Positions 38,714 to 49,296 of a stretch of DNA of 64,000 nt are shown one piece after another (the stretch's first letter is position 1; every line of letters begins with the position of its first letter). This DNA is from Lentisphaeria bacterium. Its GTDB lineage: Bacteria; Verrucomicrobiota; Lentisphaeria; JABSQK01; JAWLHB01. Below the pieces are notes generated by a model. The model was not told where the DNA came from. It did not search any database and was given only the letters and a program-made list of their open reading frames with translations. Where the stretch lies: positions 186,001 to 250,000 of the forward strand of contig JAWLHB010000006.1 of NCBI GenBank assembly GCA_041690595.1, in the 5' to 3' direction. The position numbers and the translations under genes are program-made.

Positions 38714-40306
38714 TCATCGGGGCAAGGCCGTACCGTCTTGCGGTGGGGCCAGACTCTCCCTCGCCTTGTGAAGCTTGTCGATGAATCTGCCTCGCTTGAA
38801 GGCACTGAGCCAGTGCTGCATGATGATCCAGCCCCCAAAGCGCCGTATCGAATTCCGCCATGAACGGTACCACCGCCGCCACCCCACCTGCAGCCGGAAG
38901 ACAGAGAAGACCATCGAGGGAAAGATCAGGATGTTGAGGGCTATGGCGAACATGTACCGGAAGCGATAGAAGCGTCCCATGATGCGGCGAAGGCAGATGA
39001 GCATCTGCTCCGGCGTCATCGGCGGATCCGGCTGAAAGAGCGGAAAATTCCCGTCGTAGTAGTCCCACCCGATGATGTCGCGAGGAAAGATCCGGTGCTG
39101 CGCGTCGAGCCGCGCCGTCAACTCCGTTCCCGGCAGAGGCACCGGAAGCAGTATCTGAATCGTGTCGATGCGCGCCTTTTGGATGAATCGCCTGAAGTGA
39201 CGGACCCGCTGCTCAGGAGTTGTGCTCAGGTGTACCCCGTCCGGCATCGGATAGCCGAAGATGAACATCCCGTGCACCAGAAAGCCCGCTTGGTGAAAGA
39301 TTTTGGTGAGCGCGAGCATCTCCTCCGGCTTCACCTTCTTGTTCATCGCCGCAAGCTCTTCAGGTATCGGCGATTCGAAGCCGATGCAGACCGTGTTGAT
39401 CCCTGCGGCTCTCATCGCCGTAAGCAGCTCCGTATCCCGCGCCCGGTCGAGGCGGATCTGAACCGTGATGTCGAGCTTGCCGCGGATCGCCGCCTGGTAA
39501 TCCGCGAGCAGTCGGCAGAGCCGCAACGCCTCGACCCGACGTTGCCCGAAAAGATCGTCCACAATGAAAAAGGTCCGCGCGTTGCGGCTCTCCACCAGCG
39601 CGGCTATCTGCTCGACAACACGCTCCGCGGACGACGGCCGCGGCTTACCCTTGACGGTGCAGAACTCGCAGTCCATGCCGCAGCCGCGCACCCAGTTGAT
39701 AGGATAGACCTTGACCTTGGCGTAGCGCAGAAGGCTGTAGTCGGTCAGGGGAAGGTGGTCGAAGTGGGTCAGGGGCGGCCGCTGCGCGGTCTGAATAACC
39801 TGACCATCCCGCTTGAAGGCGATACCCGCCACCTTGCCCGGATCCTCGTTGAGGGTGATGGCGGTGAGCAACGCCTGAATACTCTCCTCGCCCTCGCCAA
39901 GGACGACATAGTCGATGCCATGATCCAGCGCGTCGGCAATGTTGTCGCCGCAGAAGTGCTGCCCGCCGGCTATGGTGATCACCCCCTGAGCATGGTAAAA
40001 TTCGGCGATCTCGAAAAGCCTGGGAATGGTGCTGCTCAGACCACCATACAGACCAAGCACATCGACCGACCGGATCAACTGCAGCGTCGCATGATCGGGG
40101 CGACCCGATTCATCGGCGGGACCGTACTTGCGGTAGTTGTTTTCGTCGATCATCTCCACGTCCCAGCCTTCCATGTGGCTGATAACGGTGGCGACGTTCA
40201 GCGGCCCCAGCGCCGTTGTCTGCCTGGCAATACCGGAGTAGACATTGAACGCCGGATACGCGGGCGCGACCATGCGGAAGCGGCGAACCCTGGCGGCAGT
40301 TTGCAC
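38714..40306 (-). CDS. B12-binding radical SAM protein
   Basis: N-terminal cobalamin-binding-like region (AGGQH, VLGEGE); RGCGMDCEFC CxxxCxxC; FIVDDLF; IGFES; PLPGT. Confidence 0.9.
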   Translation of the reverse strand: MQTAARVRRFRMVAPAYPAFNVYSGIARQTTALGPLNVATVISHMEGWDVEMIDENNYRKYGPADESGRPDHATLQLIRSVDVLGLYGGLSSTIPRLFEIAEFYHAQGVITIAGGQHFCGDNIADALDHGIDYVVLGEGEESIQALLTAITLNEDPGKVAGIAFKRDGQVIQTAQRPPLTHFDHLPLTDYSLLRYAKVKVYPINWVRGCGMDCEFCTVKGKPRPSSAERVVEQIAALVESRNARTFFIVDDLFGQRRVEALRLCRLLADYQAAIRGKLDITVQIRLDRARDTELLTAMRAAGINTVCIGFESPIPEELAAMNKKVKPEEMLALTKIFHQAGFLVHGMFIFGYPMPDGVHLSTTPEQRVRHFRRFIQKARIDTIQILLPVPLPGTELTARLDAQHRIFPRDIIGWDYYDGNFPLFQPDPPMTPEQMLICLRRIMGRFYRFRYMFAIALNILIFPSMVFSVFRLQVGWRRWYRSWRNSIRRFGGWIIMQHWLSAFKRGRFIDKLHKARESLAPPQDGTALPR

Positions 40307-40577
40307 ATGAACCTCTCATCTTTGGACGAATTGGCGGCATAACGAAATCGTGACAACACTACCATATCATCCAAAACCACTTGAAAGCAACAGCGCTGTC
40401 TTCGGTCCGTCCATGCCGTCCATGCCATCCGTACTTCTGTGTCATCGCCTCGCCTCCCGTTCTTCATGTCCCTCAAGCCTGCATGGCGAATTCCCCCTCC
40501 TGCTGTCACCGCATGACCACTATACTGGAATCGGCTGCATCCGGCTGCAAACGATAGAGCCTTACGTTAGCTAACGC

Positions 40578-40593
40578 TGGCACAAAAGTAGCG
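40578..40593 (+). promoter_or_regulatory. Putative sigma54 promoter upstream of MCP
   Basis: TGGCACAAAAGTAGCG has GG and GC at exact -24/-12 spacing. Confidence 0.45.
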
Positions 40594-40660
40594 TAAGTGG
40601 CTACCAACGCGGCCTTTACGGAATGAACAAAGTTAGGAACACAAGCAAAAGGGGAACAGA

Positions 40661-42760
40661 ATGGGCAGAAACATCAGTCTGAAACAGCGCTTACTGGGAG
40701 CGGGTGTGATCCTCACACTTGTGCCGATGGTGGTACTTCTGGGGCTCTTCATCTGGAAGAATCATGGCATGACGCGGGAAGCTGGAGAGGGATGCACCGA
40801 ACTGGCGTACAACGATCTGGACCATCTCGCTGCTACCGTGAATGCGATGTGCGCGGCGCAACATGAGCAACTGGTTGGCCAGTTGAAGTCCATGCTTCTG
40901 GTCGCGCATCGCGAGATCGAGCAGCTGGGCTCTGTCCGACAAAGCAGCGAAACGGTCGAGTGGCCGCTTCCGACATCTGCCGGATCGAGTGGATCGACGG
41001 TGGCGTTGCCAAAGCTCCAACTGGGGGAGACGCCGCTCCTGCCGGTATCCCGCCTGGAGGAGCCGGCCCTGATCGTCGACCAGGTGGTCAGCCAGCTTGG
41101 TGGGATGTGCAGCATCTTTCAACGGCTCAACCCGGAAGGGGATATGCTGCGGATCAGCTCCACGGTAGAAGATGGAAACGGCAAACGGGCCTTGGGCACC
41201 ATCCTCCGCGCCCGCAATGACGATGGGTCGAGGAATCCGGTGATCGCGGCGGTACTCGCTGGGGAACAGTTCCAGGGGCGCTCGGTCGTCCTGAATCAAT
41301 GGTATCTGACGGCATACGAAGCGCTGCGAGATGGAAAGGGTGAGATTATCGGCACAATCGGCGTCGCGCTCAAGCAGGAATCGACCGCGGTACTTCGAGA
41401 GACCATCGAGCGGCAGAAAGTGGGCGCGACGGGCTACATCTTTGTCCTCAACACCATCGGCAAGGATCGCGGGCGCTATGTCATCAGCCAGAACGGGAAA
41501 CGGGATGGTGACGTGATTCTTGATGCGAAGGATTCAGACGGTAACGCATTCATCGAATCCATTTGCGCCAGAGCCGATGTGATGCGCCCCGGGGAGATCG
41601 GGGAGCAGCAATACCCATGGCTCGACGCTGGAAGCAGCACCCCGCGCATGAAGATTGCGCGCCTCATCTACTTTGAGCCGTGGGACTGGATGATCGGCGT
41701 GAGTTCCTACCTGGACGAGTTCTACCAGGCTCGCGACCGCGTTCAGGAGATGGGGCGTTCGACGGTCTACACCTCGCTGGTCGTGGCGGTCATCACGCTG
41801 ATCCTGAGCGTCCTCACCTGGATGATCGTAGCGAGGTGGATCGGAGGCCGCGTCGGCCGCGTCGCGGATGAACTTCGCAAGGCGAGCGAGCAGGTGAGCG
41901 CCGGCTCGCGACAGCTATCCAGCTCATCGCAGGCGCTGGCGGAAGGTAGTTCAGAACAGGCGGCAGCCATCGAGGAGACCTCCAGTTCGCTTGAAGAGAT
42001 GTCCGCGATGACCAAAGAGAATGCTGCCAACGCGCAGTCGGCCAACAGCCACATGAGCGATGCGCAGAAGGCGGTGGACAGTGGACAGTCTTCCATGAGC
42101 CGCCTCAGTCAGGCCATCACCAGAATCAAGGATTCGTCGGACAAGACCGCCGTCATCGTGCGCACCATCAACGACATTGCCTTCCAGACAAACCTGCTCG
42201 CGCTCAACGCGGCCGTCGAGGCCGCTCGGGCCGGCGAGGCAGGCAAAGGCTTCGCCGTCGTCGCCGAGGAAGTGCGGAACCTGGCCCAGCGTGCCGGTAC
42301 CGCGGCGCGGGAAACGGCCGATCTCATCGAGGAATCCGCCAAGAATGCGAACCATGGGGTCGGGGTGAGCGAAGAGACCTCCCACTCGCTGACCTCCATC
42401 ACGGGCGCGGTCAAGCAGGTCAACGATCTGCTCAACATGATCGTCACCGGGACAACCGAGCAGAGTCACGGCATCGATCAGATCAACATCGCCATCGGTC
42501 AGATGCAGATCGGAACGCAGACGACAGCCGCGAATGCGGAGGAATCCGCATCGGCCTCCGAGGAGCTGAATGCGCAGGCGGAAGAACTCAACCGTATGGT
42601 GCTCGACCTGGAGACCCTGGTCTACGGCGGCGCCGTGCAGAGCCAGGCGAATCCCGTCGCTCTTGTCGGCAACGGAACGCATGCGCCCAAGGCGCCGTTG
42701 AACGCCTCCAGCGCCGGCCGGAATGGGAAGCCCCACCTGCAACCCGCGTTGTATCACTGA
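40661..42760 (+). CDS. Methyl-accepting chemotaxis protein with Cache (Cache_3/Cache_2-like) sensor domain
   Basis: Two TM helices; MLRISST...RA.GT, YLTAYE, G.TGY.FV, FEPWDW.IG; signalling hairpin [34 protein letters not shown]. Confidence 0.95.
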   Translation: MGRNISLKQRLLGAGVILTLVPMVVLLGLFIWKNHGMTREAGEGCTELAYNDLDHLAATVNAMCAAQHEQLVGQLKSMLLVAHREIEQLGSVRQSSETVEWPLPTSAGSSGSTVALPKLQLGETPLLPVSRLEEPALIVDQVVSQLGGMCSIFQRLNPEGDMLRISSTVEDGNGKRALGTILRARNDDGSRNPVIAAVLAGEQFQGRSVVLNQWYLTAYEALRDGKGEIIGTIGVALKQESTAVLRETIERQKVGATGYIFVLNTIGKDRGRYVISQNGKRDGDVILDAKDSDGNAFIESICARADVMRPGEIGEQQYPWLDAGSSTPRMKIARLIYFEPWDWMIGVSSYLDEFYQARDRVQEMGRSTVYTSLVVAVITLILSVLTWMIVARWIGGRVGRVADELRKASEQVSAGSRQLSSSSQALAEGSSEQAAAIEETSSSLEEMSAMTKENAANAQSANSHMSDAQKAVDSGQSSMSRLSQAITRIKDSSDKTAVIVRTINDIAFQTNLLALNAAVEAARAGEAGKGFAVVAEEVRNLAQRAGTAARETADLIEESAKNANHGVGVSEETSHSLTSITGAVKQVNDLLNMIVTGTTEQSHGIDQINIAIGQMQIGTQTTAANAEESASASEELNAQAEELNRMVLDLETLVYGGAVQSQANPVALVGNGTHAPKAPLNASSAGRNGKPHLQPALYH

Positions 42761-42921
42761 TCATCCAGGCCCGGCAGCGATTGAAGACGCTGCCGGGCCC
42801 CACATCGATCTTGGACAGAGTGTCAAGGCGGTGGCGGCCGCCATACCGTCTCCGCGGCAAACCCATCGGCCTGCTCGCGACGAGGCTTGCGGAAAGGCTG
42901 GAGCGGCTTATAGTAGACAGC

Positions 42922-43335
42922 ATGAAAGCAAGACTCCAATACAGCCATCTTCATGCCCTCCTGGCCTGCGCGCTCTTCCTCGCGTCGCAAGTCGTGGCAG
43001 CAGTCAGTTGTCTGCCGGAATGCCAGGATGAGCGCGAAGCTCTGCGCGGGATGGCCGCTATGCAGCTGGACGATTGCTGCGCACCGCTGCCGGCGGTTCG
43101 TGCCATGGACGATGGCTGCACGGATTGCGCGGTGGCATGTTGCGAGCAGAAACCGATGGTTGTGCAGGCCATGGAGGATCGTCCGTCCAGCCGGCTCGAG
43201 CTGGTCATTCTCGAATCCTGTTCTCCCGTGCCCCTTTGCGGCGAATGGAGAGCGCCCGGACAGACGCTCGCGGCGCTTTTGCCACTCCCGCCAACACCCC
43301 CGATCTATGTCCTGAGCTGCTCCCTGTTGTTGTGA
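42922..43335 (+). CDS. Small exported Cys-rich protein with C-terminal Pro-rich tail
   Basis: Signal peptide; C..EC, DDCC, C..C..ACC; PPTPPIYVLSCSLLL end; ATG 42922. Confidence 0.6.
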   Translation: MKARLQYSHLHALLACALFLASQVVAAVSCLPECQDEREALRGMAAMQLDDCCAPLPAVRAMDDGCTDCAVACCEQKPMVVQAMEDRPSSRLELVILESCSPVPLCGEWRAPGQTLAALLPLPPTPPIYVLSCSLLL

Positions 43336-43398
43336 TACCTGACGAGACACATGCTCTTCGTCCGTCAGCAAAGGTATTCACCCAACAGGAAGTTTAAT

Positions 43399-44925
43399 AT
43401 GGCGTCCAATTTACTGGACTTACATCAGGAAGGATCATCGGCAAACGCGGTTGCACGACCGCGATTGAAATGGTGGTCGAGAGTTTTCATACCGGCACTT
43501 GTGTTGCTCGGCGTCGGAGCCTTGCTGGTCGGCGCGGCGTGGCAGCATCTGCTTCCGACACCGGTCGTGCAGGTGGAAGCTGCCATCGCGAAGCGTGTGG
43601 GCGATAGCCACCCGGCGAGCATGGTGGTACAGGCGGCGGGCTGGCTGGAAGCGTTTCCGTATCAGCATCATGTAACGGCGCTGACGAACGGCGTTGCTCG
43701 GGAAATCCTCGTCCTGGAAGGCGATGCCGTCGAGAAGGGAGCCGTTGTGGCGCGCCTGGATGCGCGGGATGCGGAACTCGGGGTGCAGACAGCCGCGGCA
43801 GAGCTGGCCCTGCGACAGGCAGAGCGGGATGAAGCTGCGGCGCGGCTTGCCGCGGCCAGGCAGACATGGGACCATCCGGTCGCGCTGGAGCGGCAGATTG
43901 CCATGGCAGGCGCCTCCGTACGGGAAGCCACCGCCGACATCGCCGAGATTCAGGCCCGCATCGCCGAGAAAACCTCGATCCTCGACCAGGCGCGAAAGGA
44001 CGCGAGCCGGGCGGAGCGGCTTTTCGAAGCCAAAGTACTGAGCAATCGCGATGCCGAGCATGCCTCGACCGATGCGGAGGCGGCCCAGTCGGCCTTCGAC
44101 GCGCTGGAACGTAGCCTGACGGCAGCGACGGAACGACGCCAACGGGCCGAGGCCGATCTTCATGCGGCCAACCGGGAACTGGAGCTGCGGATCGCCGATC
44201 GCCGGGAACGGGACGAGGCCACCGCCCTCCTGAGCCGTTCGGAAGCAGCCGTCAAACTGGCAGAGGTTGCTCTGGCAAAGGCGGAGTTGCGCCTGGAGAG
44301 AATGACCATCACCGCCTCCGTGCCGGGAATCGTCGTGACTCGTCACAAGGAGCCGGGCGATAAGGTGATGCTGGACACCGACTCGCCGCGCTCCGCCACC
44401 ATCGTCAGCCTCTACAATCCGGACGACCTCCAGGCACGCGTCGATGTGCCGCTGGCCGATGCCGGACAGATCACTGTCGGCCAGCTTTGCGAGATCACCA
44501 CCGACGTCCTGCCGAACCGCACCTTCAAGGGGAGAGTGACGCGGGTGCTGCATCGGGCGGACATCCAGAAGAACACCCTGCAGGCGAAAGTGGCGATCGA
44601 GGCGCCAACGGCCGAACTGCGACCGGAGATGCTCTGCCGGGTGCGTTTCCTGGCGCGCCGGGAAACCCCCGATCCTGACGACGCAACCGTCACCCGAATC
44701 TTTGCCCCCAGACGCGCCATCGTCGATGGGAAACTGTGGATCGTTCATGACTCGGATGGAACCTTTGCGCGGGTGGAATCCCATGCGGCGCCGGCGGCAA
44801 CGGAGATGGACGAGTGGATGGCCGTCGACGGTTTGCATCAGGGTGCCCTGGTCGTCGTGAATCCAACGGCGGAGCTGAAGTCCGGCCAACGTGTCCGCCT
44901 GGCGACGCCGGAGGTGGCGCCATGA
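43399..44925 (+). CDS. Efflux periplasmic adaptor subunit (HlyD/MacA family)
   Basis: N-terminal TM; AAGWLE, V.EGD.V.KG.VVARLD, long coiled coil, I.A.VPGIV, ARVDVP, L.PEM. Confidence 0.9.
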   Translation: MASNLLDLHQEGSSANAVARPRLKWWSRVFIPALVLLGVGALLVGAAWQHLLPTPVVQVEAAIAKRVGDSHPASMVVQAAGWLEAFPYQHHVTALTNGVAREILVLEGDAVEKGAVVARLDARDAELGVQTAAAELALRQAERDEAAARLAAARQTWDHPVALERQIAMAGASVREATADIAEIQARIAEKTSILDQARKDASRAERLFEAKVLSNRDAEHASTDAEAAQSAFDALERSLTAATERRQRAEADLHAANRELELRIADRRERDEATALLSRSEAAVKLAEVALAKAELRLERMTITASVPGIVVTRHKEPGDKVMLDTDSPRSATIVSLYNPDDLQARVDVPLADAGQITVGQLCEITTDVLPNRTFKGRVTRVLHRADIQKNTLQAKVAIEAPTAELRPEMLCRVRFLARRETPDPDDATVTRIFAPRRAIVDGKLWIVHDSDGTFARVESHAAPAATEMDEWMAVDGLHQGALVVVNPTAELKSGQRVRLATPEVAP

Positions 44926-45626
44926 GCTTCATCGAATGCCGCGCCTTGACGCGGACATACCGGCGTGGCGAGGTCGAGATCACGCCGCTGGATGGGCTCC
45001 ACCTGGATGTGCAGCGCGGGGAGTTTCTGGCGCTGATGGGACCGAGCGGCAGCGGCAAGACAACCCTGCTCAACCTGATCGCCGGCATCGACCAGCCAAC
45101 GGCTGGCAGCCTCGTCATCGACGGGCAGGACATCGCCAGGCTCTCCTCGCGCCGGCTCGCCCGGTGGCGCTCGCAGTACATCGGTTACGTCTTCCAGCTC
45201 TACAACCTGATCCCGGTGCTGACCGCCTATGAAAACGTCGAGGTGCCACTGCTCCTGCACGACATGGGCAGGCGCGAGCGCCACCAGCGGGTCAGCGCCG
45301 CTTTGGAACTCACCGGAATCGCCGATCGTCACGATCATTATCCGCGACAGCTTTCCGGCGGGCAGGAGCAGCGGGTCGCCATCGCGCGGGCCTTGGTCAC
45401 CGACCCGCGGATCATCGTGGCGGACGAGCCGACGGGAGACCTGGATCGTCATTCGGCCGCCCAGATCATGGCCTTGCTCCAGCGGCTCAATCGCGAGCTG
45501 GGGCGTACCCTCATCATGGTGACGCACGACGAGAAGTCGACCCGATTCGCCACGCGCACCCTGCATGTGGACAAGGGCAGACTCCTGGAATCGCCGGCGC
45601 ATACGCTCGTGGCGGAGGATGCATGA
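44922..45626 (+). CDS. ABC transporter ATP-binding protein (LolD/MacB-type)
   Basis: [36 protein letters not shown]. Confidence 0.95.
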   Translation: MSFIECRALTRTYRRGEVEITPLDGLHLDVQRGEFLALMGPSGSGKTTLLNLIAGIDQPTAGSLVIDGQDIARLSSRRLARWRSQYIGYVFQLYNLIPVLTAYENVEVPLLLHDMGRRERHQRVSAALELTGIADRHDHYPRQLSGGQEQRVAIARALVTDPRIIVADEPTGDLDRHSAAQIMALLQRLNRELGRTLIMVTHDEKSTRFATRTLHVDKGRLLESPAHTLVAEDA

Positions 45627-46776
45627 CATGCTGAAACCAAAGTTCCTGCCCTTCGTTTTCAAACACATCATCCGGCACCGGTGGCGCAGCCTGCTGACGG
45701 TGCTGGGCGTGGGAACCGCCATGTTCCTCTTCTGCACGGTGCGCGCCATGCAGCAGGGGGTCAGGAAAGCGACCGTGGCGACGGCGGAGGATACCACTCT
45801 GGTCGTCTATCGCGAGAACCGTTTCTGCCCCTTTTCGAGCCGCCTGCCCCAGGATTACACGGCTCAGATCGCCCGCGTGTCCGGGGTGGCCAGCGTCACG
45901 CCCGTCAAGATCCTCGTGGGCAACTGCCGGGCCGCCCTCGACATCATCACCTTTCGCGGCATTCCTCCAGAAGACTTCCGCCACTTCGCTGACGACCTGA
46001 CCCTTGTTGCAGGATCCGTGGAAGCGTGGCGACGACGGAGCGATGCGGCCCTCATCGGCAAACGGGCCGCCGAGCGCCGCCGACTGAGCATCGGCGACCG
46101 GCTGGAGATTGCCGGCGTCACCATCACCATCGCCGGTATCGTCGATTCCACGCGGCCCCAGGATCAGGAGTCGGCCTTTACCCATCTCGACTTCCTGCAG
46201 CAGAATGCCGGGACGGGGCTGGGCAGCGTGACGCAGTTCAACGTCAAGGTGACGGACCCGGCGCGGCTGGATGAGGTCGCCGCCAGTATCGACGAGCTCT
46301 TCGCCAGCGCTCAGGAGCCGACGACGACCTGGAGCGAGAAGGCCTTCACGGTGCGGGCGGTGGCGGACATCGTGGAGCTGGCCGGCTTCGCGGCCTGGCT
46401 GGGCTGGGGAGCCTTGGCGGCGGTCTTCGCGCTGGCGGCCAACGCCATCATCCTGAGCGTACAGGACCGCGTGCGGGATCATGCCGTCTTGCAGACGCTG
46501 GGATATGGGAGCGGCCTCATCGCCCGGCTCATCGTGGCGGAAGCGGCGATGCTCAGCATCCTGGGTGGCGCGGTCGGAGTGGCCGGCGCCGCGGCAGTTC
46601 TCCACTGGGGGCGCTTCTCGATGTCGGTGGAAGGGTTGAGCGTGCAGGCCAACGCGGATCTCTCCACGGTTCTGCTGGGACTGGCCTACTGCCTGGTGCT
46701 CGGCATATGTGCCGGCCTCTTCCCTGCCTGGCAGGCAAGCCGCCGCGAAATCGTCAACTGCTTCCGGGCCGTATAG
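45619..46776 (+). CDS. ABC transporter permease (MacB/FtsX family)
   Basis: R...RS.LT.LG; periplasmic domain; SVQDR.RD.AVL.TLG; G.FPAWQASR. Confidence 0.9.
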   Translation: MHDMLKPKFLPFVFKHIIRHRWRSLLTVLGVGTAMFLFCTVRAMQQGVRKATVATAEDTTLVVYRENRFCPFSSRLPQDYTAQIARVSGVASVTPVKILVGNCRAALDIITFRGIPPEDFRHFADDLTLVAGSVEAWRRRSDAALIGKRAAERRRLSIGDRLEIAGVTITIAGIVDSTRPQDQESAFTHLDFLQQNAGTGLGSVTQFNVKVTDPARLDEVAASIDELFASAQEPTTTWSEKAFTVRAVADIVELAGFAAWLGWGALAAVFALAANAIILSVQDRVRDHAVLQTLGYGSGLIARLIVAEAAMLSILGGAVGVAGAAAVLHWGRFSMSVEGLSVQANADLSTVLLGLAYCLVLGICAGLFPAWQASRREIVNCFRAV

Positions 46777-46787
46777 GAGAGACATCG

Positions 46788-47948
46788 ATGCGTATTCTGC
46801 CTTACGACTATGCTATCCGCAACCTTGGGCGGGCGCCGTTGCGCCTGGTCGCCACGGTGGGCGGTTGCGCCATCGTGGTAGTGATCATGATGGCGGCGGC
46901 GGCCTTTGTGCAGGGGATGCGCCGCTCCCTGACACCCAACCTCCAGAACCGCAACGTGCTGCTGCTCGGTGTGGGCAGCGAGGAGAGCGTGGAGCGCAGC
47001 CAGATCGGCGCCGCCGTTCCCGGCCACGTGCGGGCTGGCGTTCAGGGTATCCGGCAGCGGCTCGGCGAACCCTATATCTCACCCGAAATTCACCTTGCCC
47101 TGATCGTCTCCCGACCGGACCGAAACGAGGAACTCCGGGCCCTCTTCCGGGGAATCGACAGCGGCGCCTACCTGGTCCATTCACGGGTGGAGATCGTCGC
47201 CGGCCGCCCCCCGCGCCACGGCTACAACGAGCTGCTGGTGGGAGCACTTGCCGCGGACAAGCTGGGCATCCCGGAGCCGGATCTGGCCATCGGCAAGCAG
47301 CTGATTCTCGAAGGGCGGCCGTGGGAGATCGTCGGCCGCTTTCAGGCACCCGGTACGGTGATGGACGCCGAACTCTGGACCAGCGTGACCGACCTGCAGA
47401 TCGCGACGCAACGGGACAGCCTCTCCTGCGTCATCGTCACCCTGGACGAAGCCGAACTGGCCGATCTGGAGGCGTGGGCGGCGACTCGTCTCGACCTCGA
47501 ACTGGCTGCCTTGAGCGAAGCAGAGTACTACGACTCGCTGCGGCGCTTCTATGGTCCGGTGCGGGGAATGATCTGGGCGACCGCGGTGCTCATGGCGCTG
47601 GCGGGTGTACTGGGGGGACTCAACACCTTGTATGCCGCTTTCGCCGCGCGAACGCGCGAGCTGGGAATGCTCCAATCGCTGGGCTTCTCGCGCGGCGCCA
47701 TTCTGCTGAGCCTGCTGCAGGAGTCGATCCTGGCGGGCGCCGCCGGCGCTCTGCTGGGCGCGGCCCTGGCGATGCTCCTCCTGGAAGGCCATGCGGTGCG
47801 CTTTTCCATGGGGGTCTTCGAGCTTCGGGTCGATGCCGTGGTCATGCTCATCGGCATGGGCAGCGGGCTCCTCCTCGGGGCAATCGGCGCCCTGCCCCCC
47901 GCCATCCGCTGCCTGCGCCTTCCCCTTCCCGATGCCCTTCGCTCTTGA
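46788..47948 (+). CDS. ABC transporter permease (MacB/FtsX family)
   Basis: YAIRNL.R; NTLYAA.AARTRELGML.SLGF; G.LPPAIR. Confidence 0.9.
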   Translation: MRILPYDYAIRNLGRAPLRLVATVGGCAIVVVIMMAAAAFVQGMRRSLTPNLQNRNVLLLGVGSEESVERSQIGAAVPGHVRAGVQGIRQRLGEPYISPEIHLALIVSRPDRNEELRALFRGIDSGAYLVHSRVEIVAGRPPRHGYNELLVGALAADKLGIPEPDLAIGKQLILEGRPWEIVGRFQAPGTVMDAELWTSVTDLQIATQRDSLSCVIVTLDEAELADLEAWAATRLDLELAALSEAEYYDSLRRFYGPVRGMIWATAVLMALAGVLGGLNTLYAAFAARTRELGMLQSLGFSRGAILLSLLQESILAGAAGALLGAALAMLLLEGHAVRFSMGVFELRVDAVVMLIGMGSGLLLGAIGALPPAIRCLRLPLPDALRS

Positions 47949-47985
47949 CTGAACAGAACACCAACACCACCACAAGGAGAACGAC

Positions 47986-48510
47986 ATGAAGAAACTCACG
48001 GCAACCACTCTGGTCATCCTGGTCGCGGCCCTGGCAAGCGGATGTGGCAAGACACCATCCGCCGATTCGGCCAGCCGCCCGGAAAACACCGCCGCTCAAC
48101 TGCCGGCGACGCTGATGGTCGCCAGCGTCGATGGAGAGCCCATCAGCCTCCTGCAGGCAAAGCAAGCCGCCAAAGCGGGCGAACCGGTGCTGCTGACCGG
48201 TCACATCGGCGGCCGTCCGAAACCCTTTGTGCAGGGGCGCTCCATGTTCACGCTGGTGGACTCGAGCCTGCCGGCCTGCACCGATGGATGCGCCACCGCC
48301 TGGGACCTCTGCTGCGAATCGCCGGCGGATATCACGGCGGCCGCGGCAACCATCCAGGTAGTCGATGACGCGGGCAGGCCCCTCGCCGTCTCGCTGGAAG
48401 GGCCGGGGCTGCTGGCGCCGGGGCAACGCGTCGCGGTGGCCGGCACCGTCCATCAACGCGACGACGCCACCTTCGTCGTCAACGCGGAGCGGATCGCCAT
48501 TCTCGACTGA
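47986..48510 (+). CDS. Cys-rich lipoprotein (OB-fold-like)
   Basis: AAGGAG RBS; LASGC lipobox; C.DGC.T.WD.CC motif; G.RV.V.G.V. Confidence 0.75.
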   Translation: MKKLTATTLVILVAALASGCGKTPSADSASRPENTAAQLPATLMVASVDGEPISLLQAKQAAKAGEPVLLTGHIGGRPKPFVQGRSMFTLVDSSLPACTDGCATAWDLCCESPADITAAAATIQVVDDAGRPLAVSLEGPGLLAPGQRVAVAGTVHQRDDATFVVNAERIAILD

Positions 48511-48525
48511 GCCTGCCGATGGCGG

Positions 48526-49296
48526 TCAGGCGTGAGTCTGGCCGCCATCCACCAGCACACAGCTCCCGGTGACGAAGGAGGCGCGGGGCGAGGCAAGGAA
48601 CGCAGCCACGTCAGCGATCTCGCGAGGAGTGCCGAAGCGCTGCATCGGCACGTTTTCCCGAATGTATGTCTCGAAGAACTCGCGCCGTTCCGCCAGCTTT
48701 TTCTCCCAGGAACCGCCCGGAAAGAGGATGTTGCCGGGGGCAATGGCATTGACGCGGACGCCCGACGCGGCAACCTGGCGGGCCAGGTTCTTGGTGAGAC
48801 TGAGGAGTGCCGCCTTGGCGGCGCTGTAGGGGAGAGGTGCCGGAGTCGCTTCCCAGCCGGTGATGGACGAGATGATCACCAGGCTGCCGCTGCTCGCCAT
48901 CAGGCAGGGCATGATCTGACGGATGAGGCTGGTCGCCGAGGTGAGGTTGACAGTGAGCAGGCGGCTCCACTCCTCCTGGTCGATATCCCAGCCCGGCTGG
49001 CCGCTGCCGCTGCCGACATTGGCAACCGCCGCATGAATCTCACCGAAGCGGCCCTGCGTCCGGGAGATGAAGTCAGCCAGTTGCTTGGCGTCGGTCACAT
49101 CGGCAGGCATGGCAAAGAGGCGATCCTCACCGAAGCGCCCGGCAAGTTCGGCGCGGCTCTTCTCGAGTGATTCGGCACCACGGGCACAGATCGCGACGCT
49201 GGCCCCCTCCTCCAGGAAGACCTCGGCGATCGCCCGGCCGATGCCGCGGCTGGCACCGGTGATCAGGGCAACCTTTCCATGCAGCTCAAGATTCAT
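48526..49296 (-). CDS. Short-chain dehydrogenase/reductase
   Basis: TGASRGIG, YSAAK, RVNAIAPG, VTG..V.VDGG; ATG 49296 overlaps the upstream gene. Confidence 0.9.
   Translation of the reverse strand: MNLELHGKVALITGASRGIGRAIAEVFLEEGASVAICARGAESLEKSRAELAGRFGEDRLFAMPADVTDAKQLADFISRTQGRFGEIHAAVANVGSGSGQPGWDIDQEEWSRLLTVNLTSATSLIRQIMPCLMASSGSLVIISSITGWEATPAPLPYSAAKAALLSLTKNLARQVAASGVRVNAIAPGNILFPGGSWEKKLAERREFFETYIRENVPMQRFGTPREIADVAAFLASPRASFVTGSCVLVDGGQTHA

Noticed and set aside
38714..40306. B12 radical SAM as a RiPP or natural-product cluster
   Set aside because: Stand-alone gene with no precursor peptide, SPASM domain or tailoring genes adjacent
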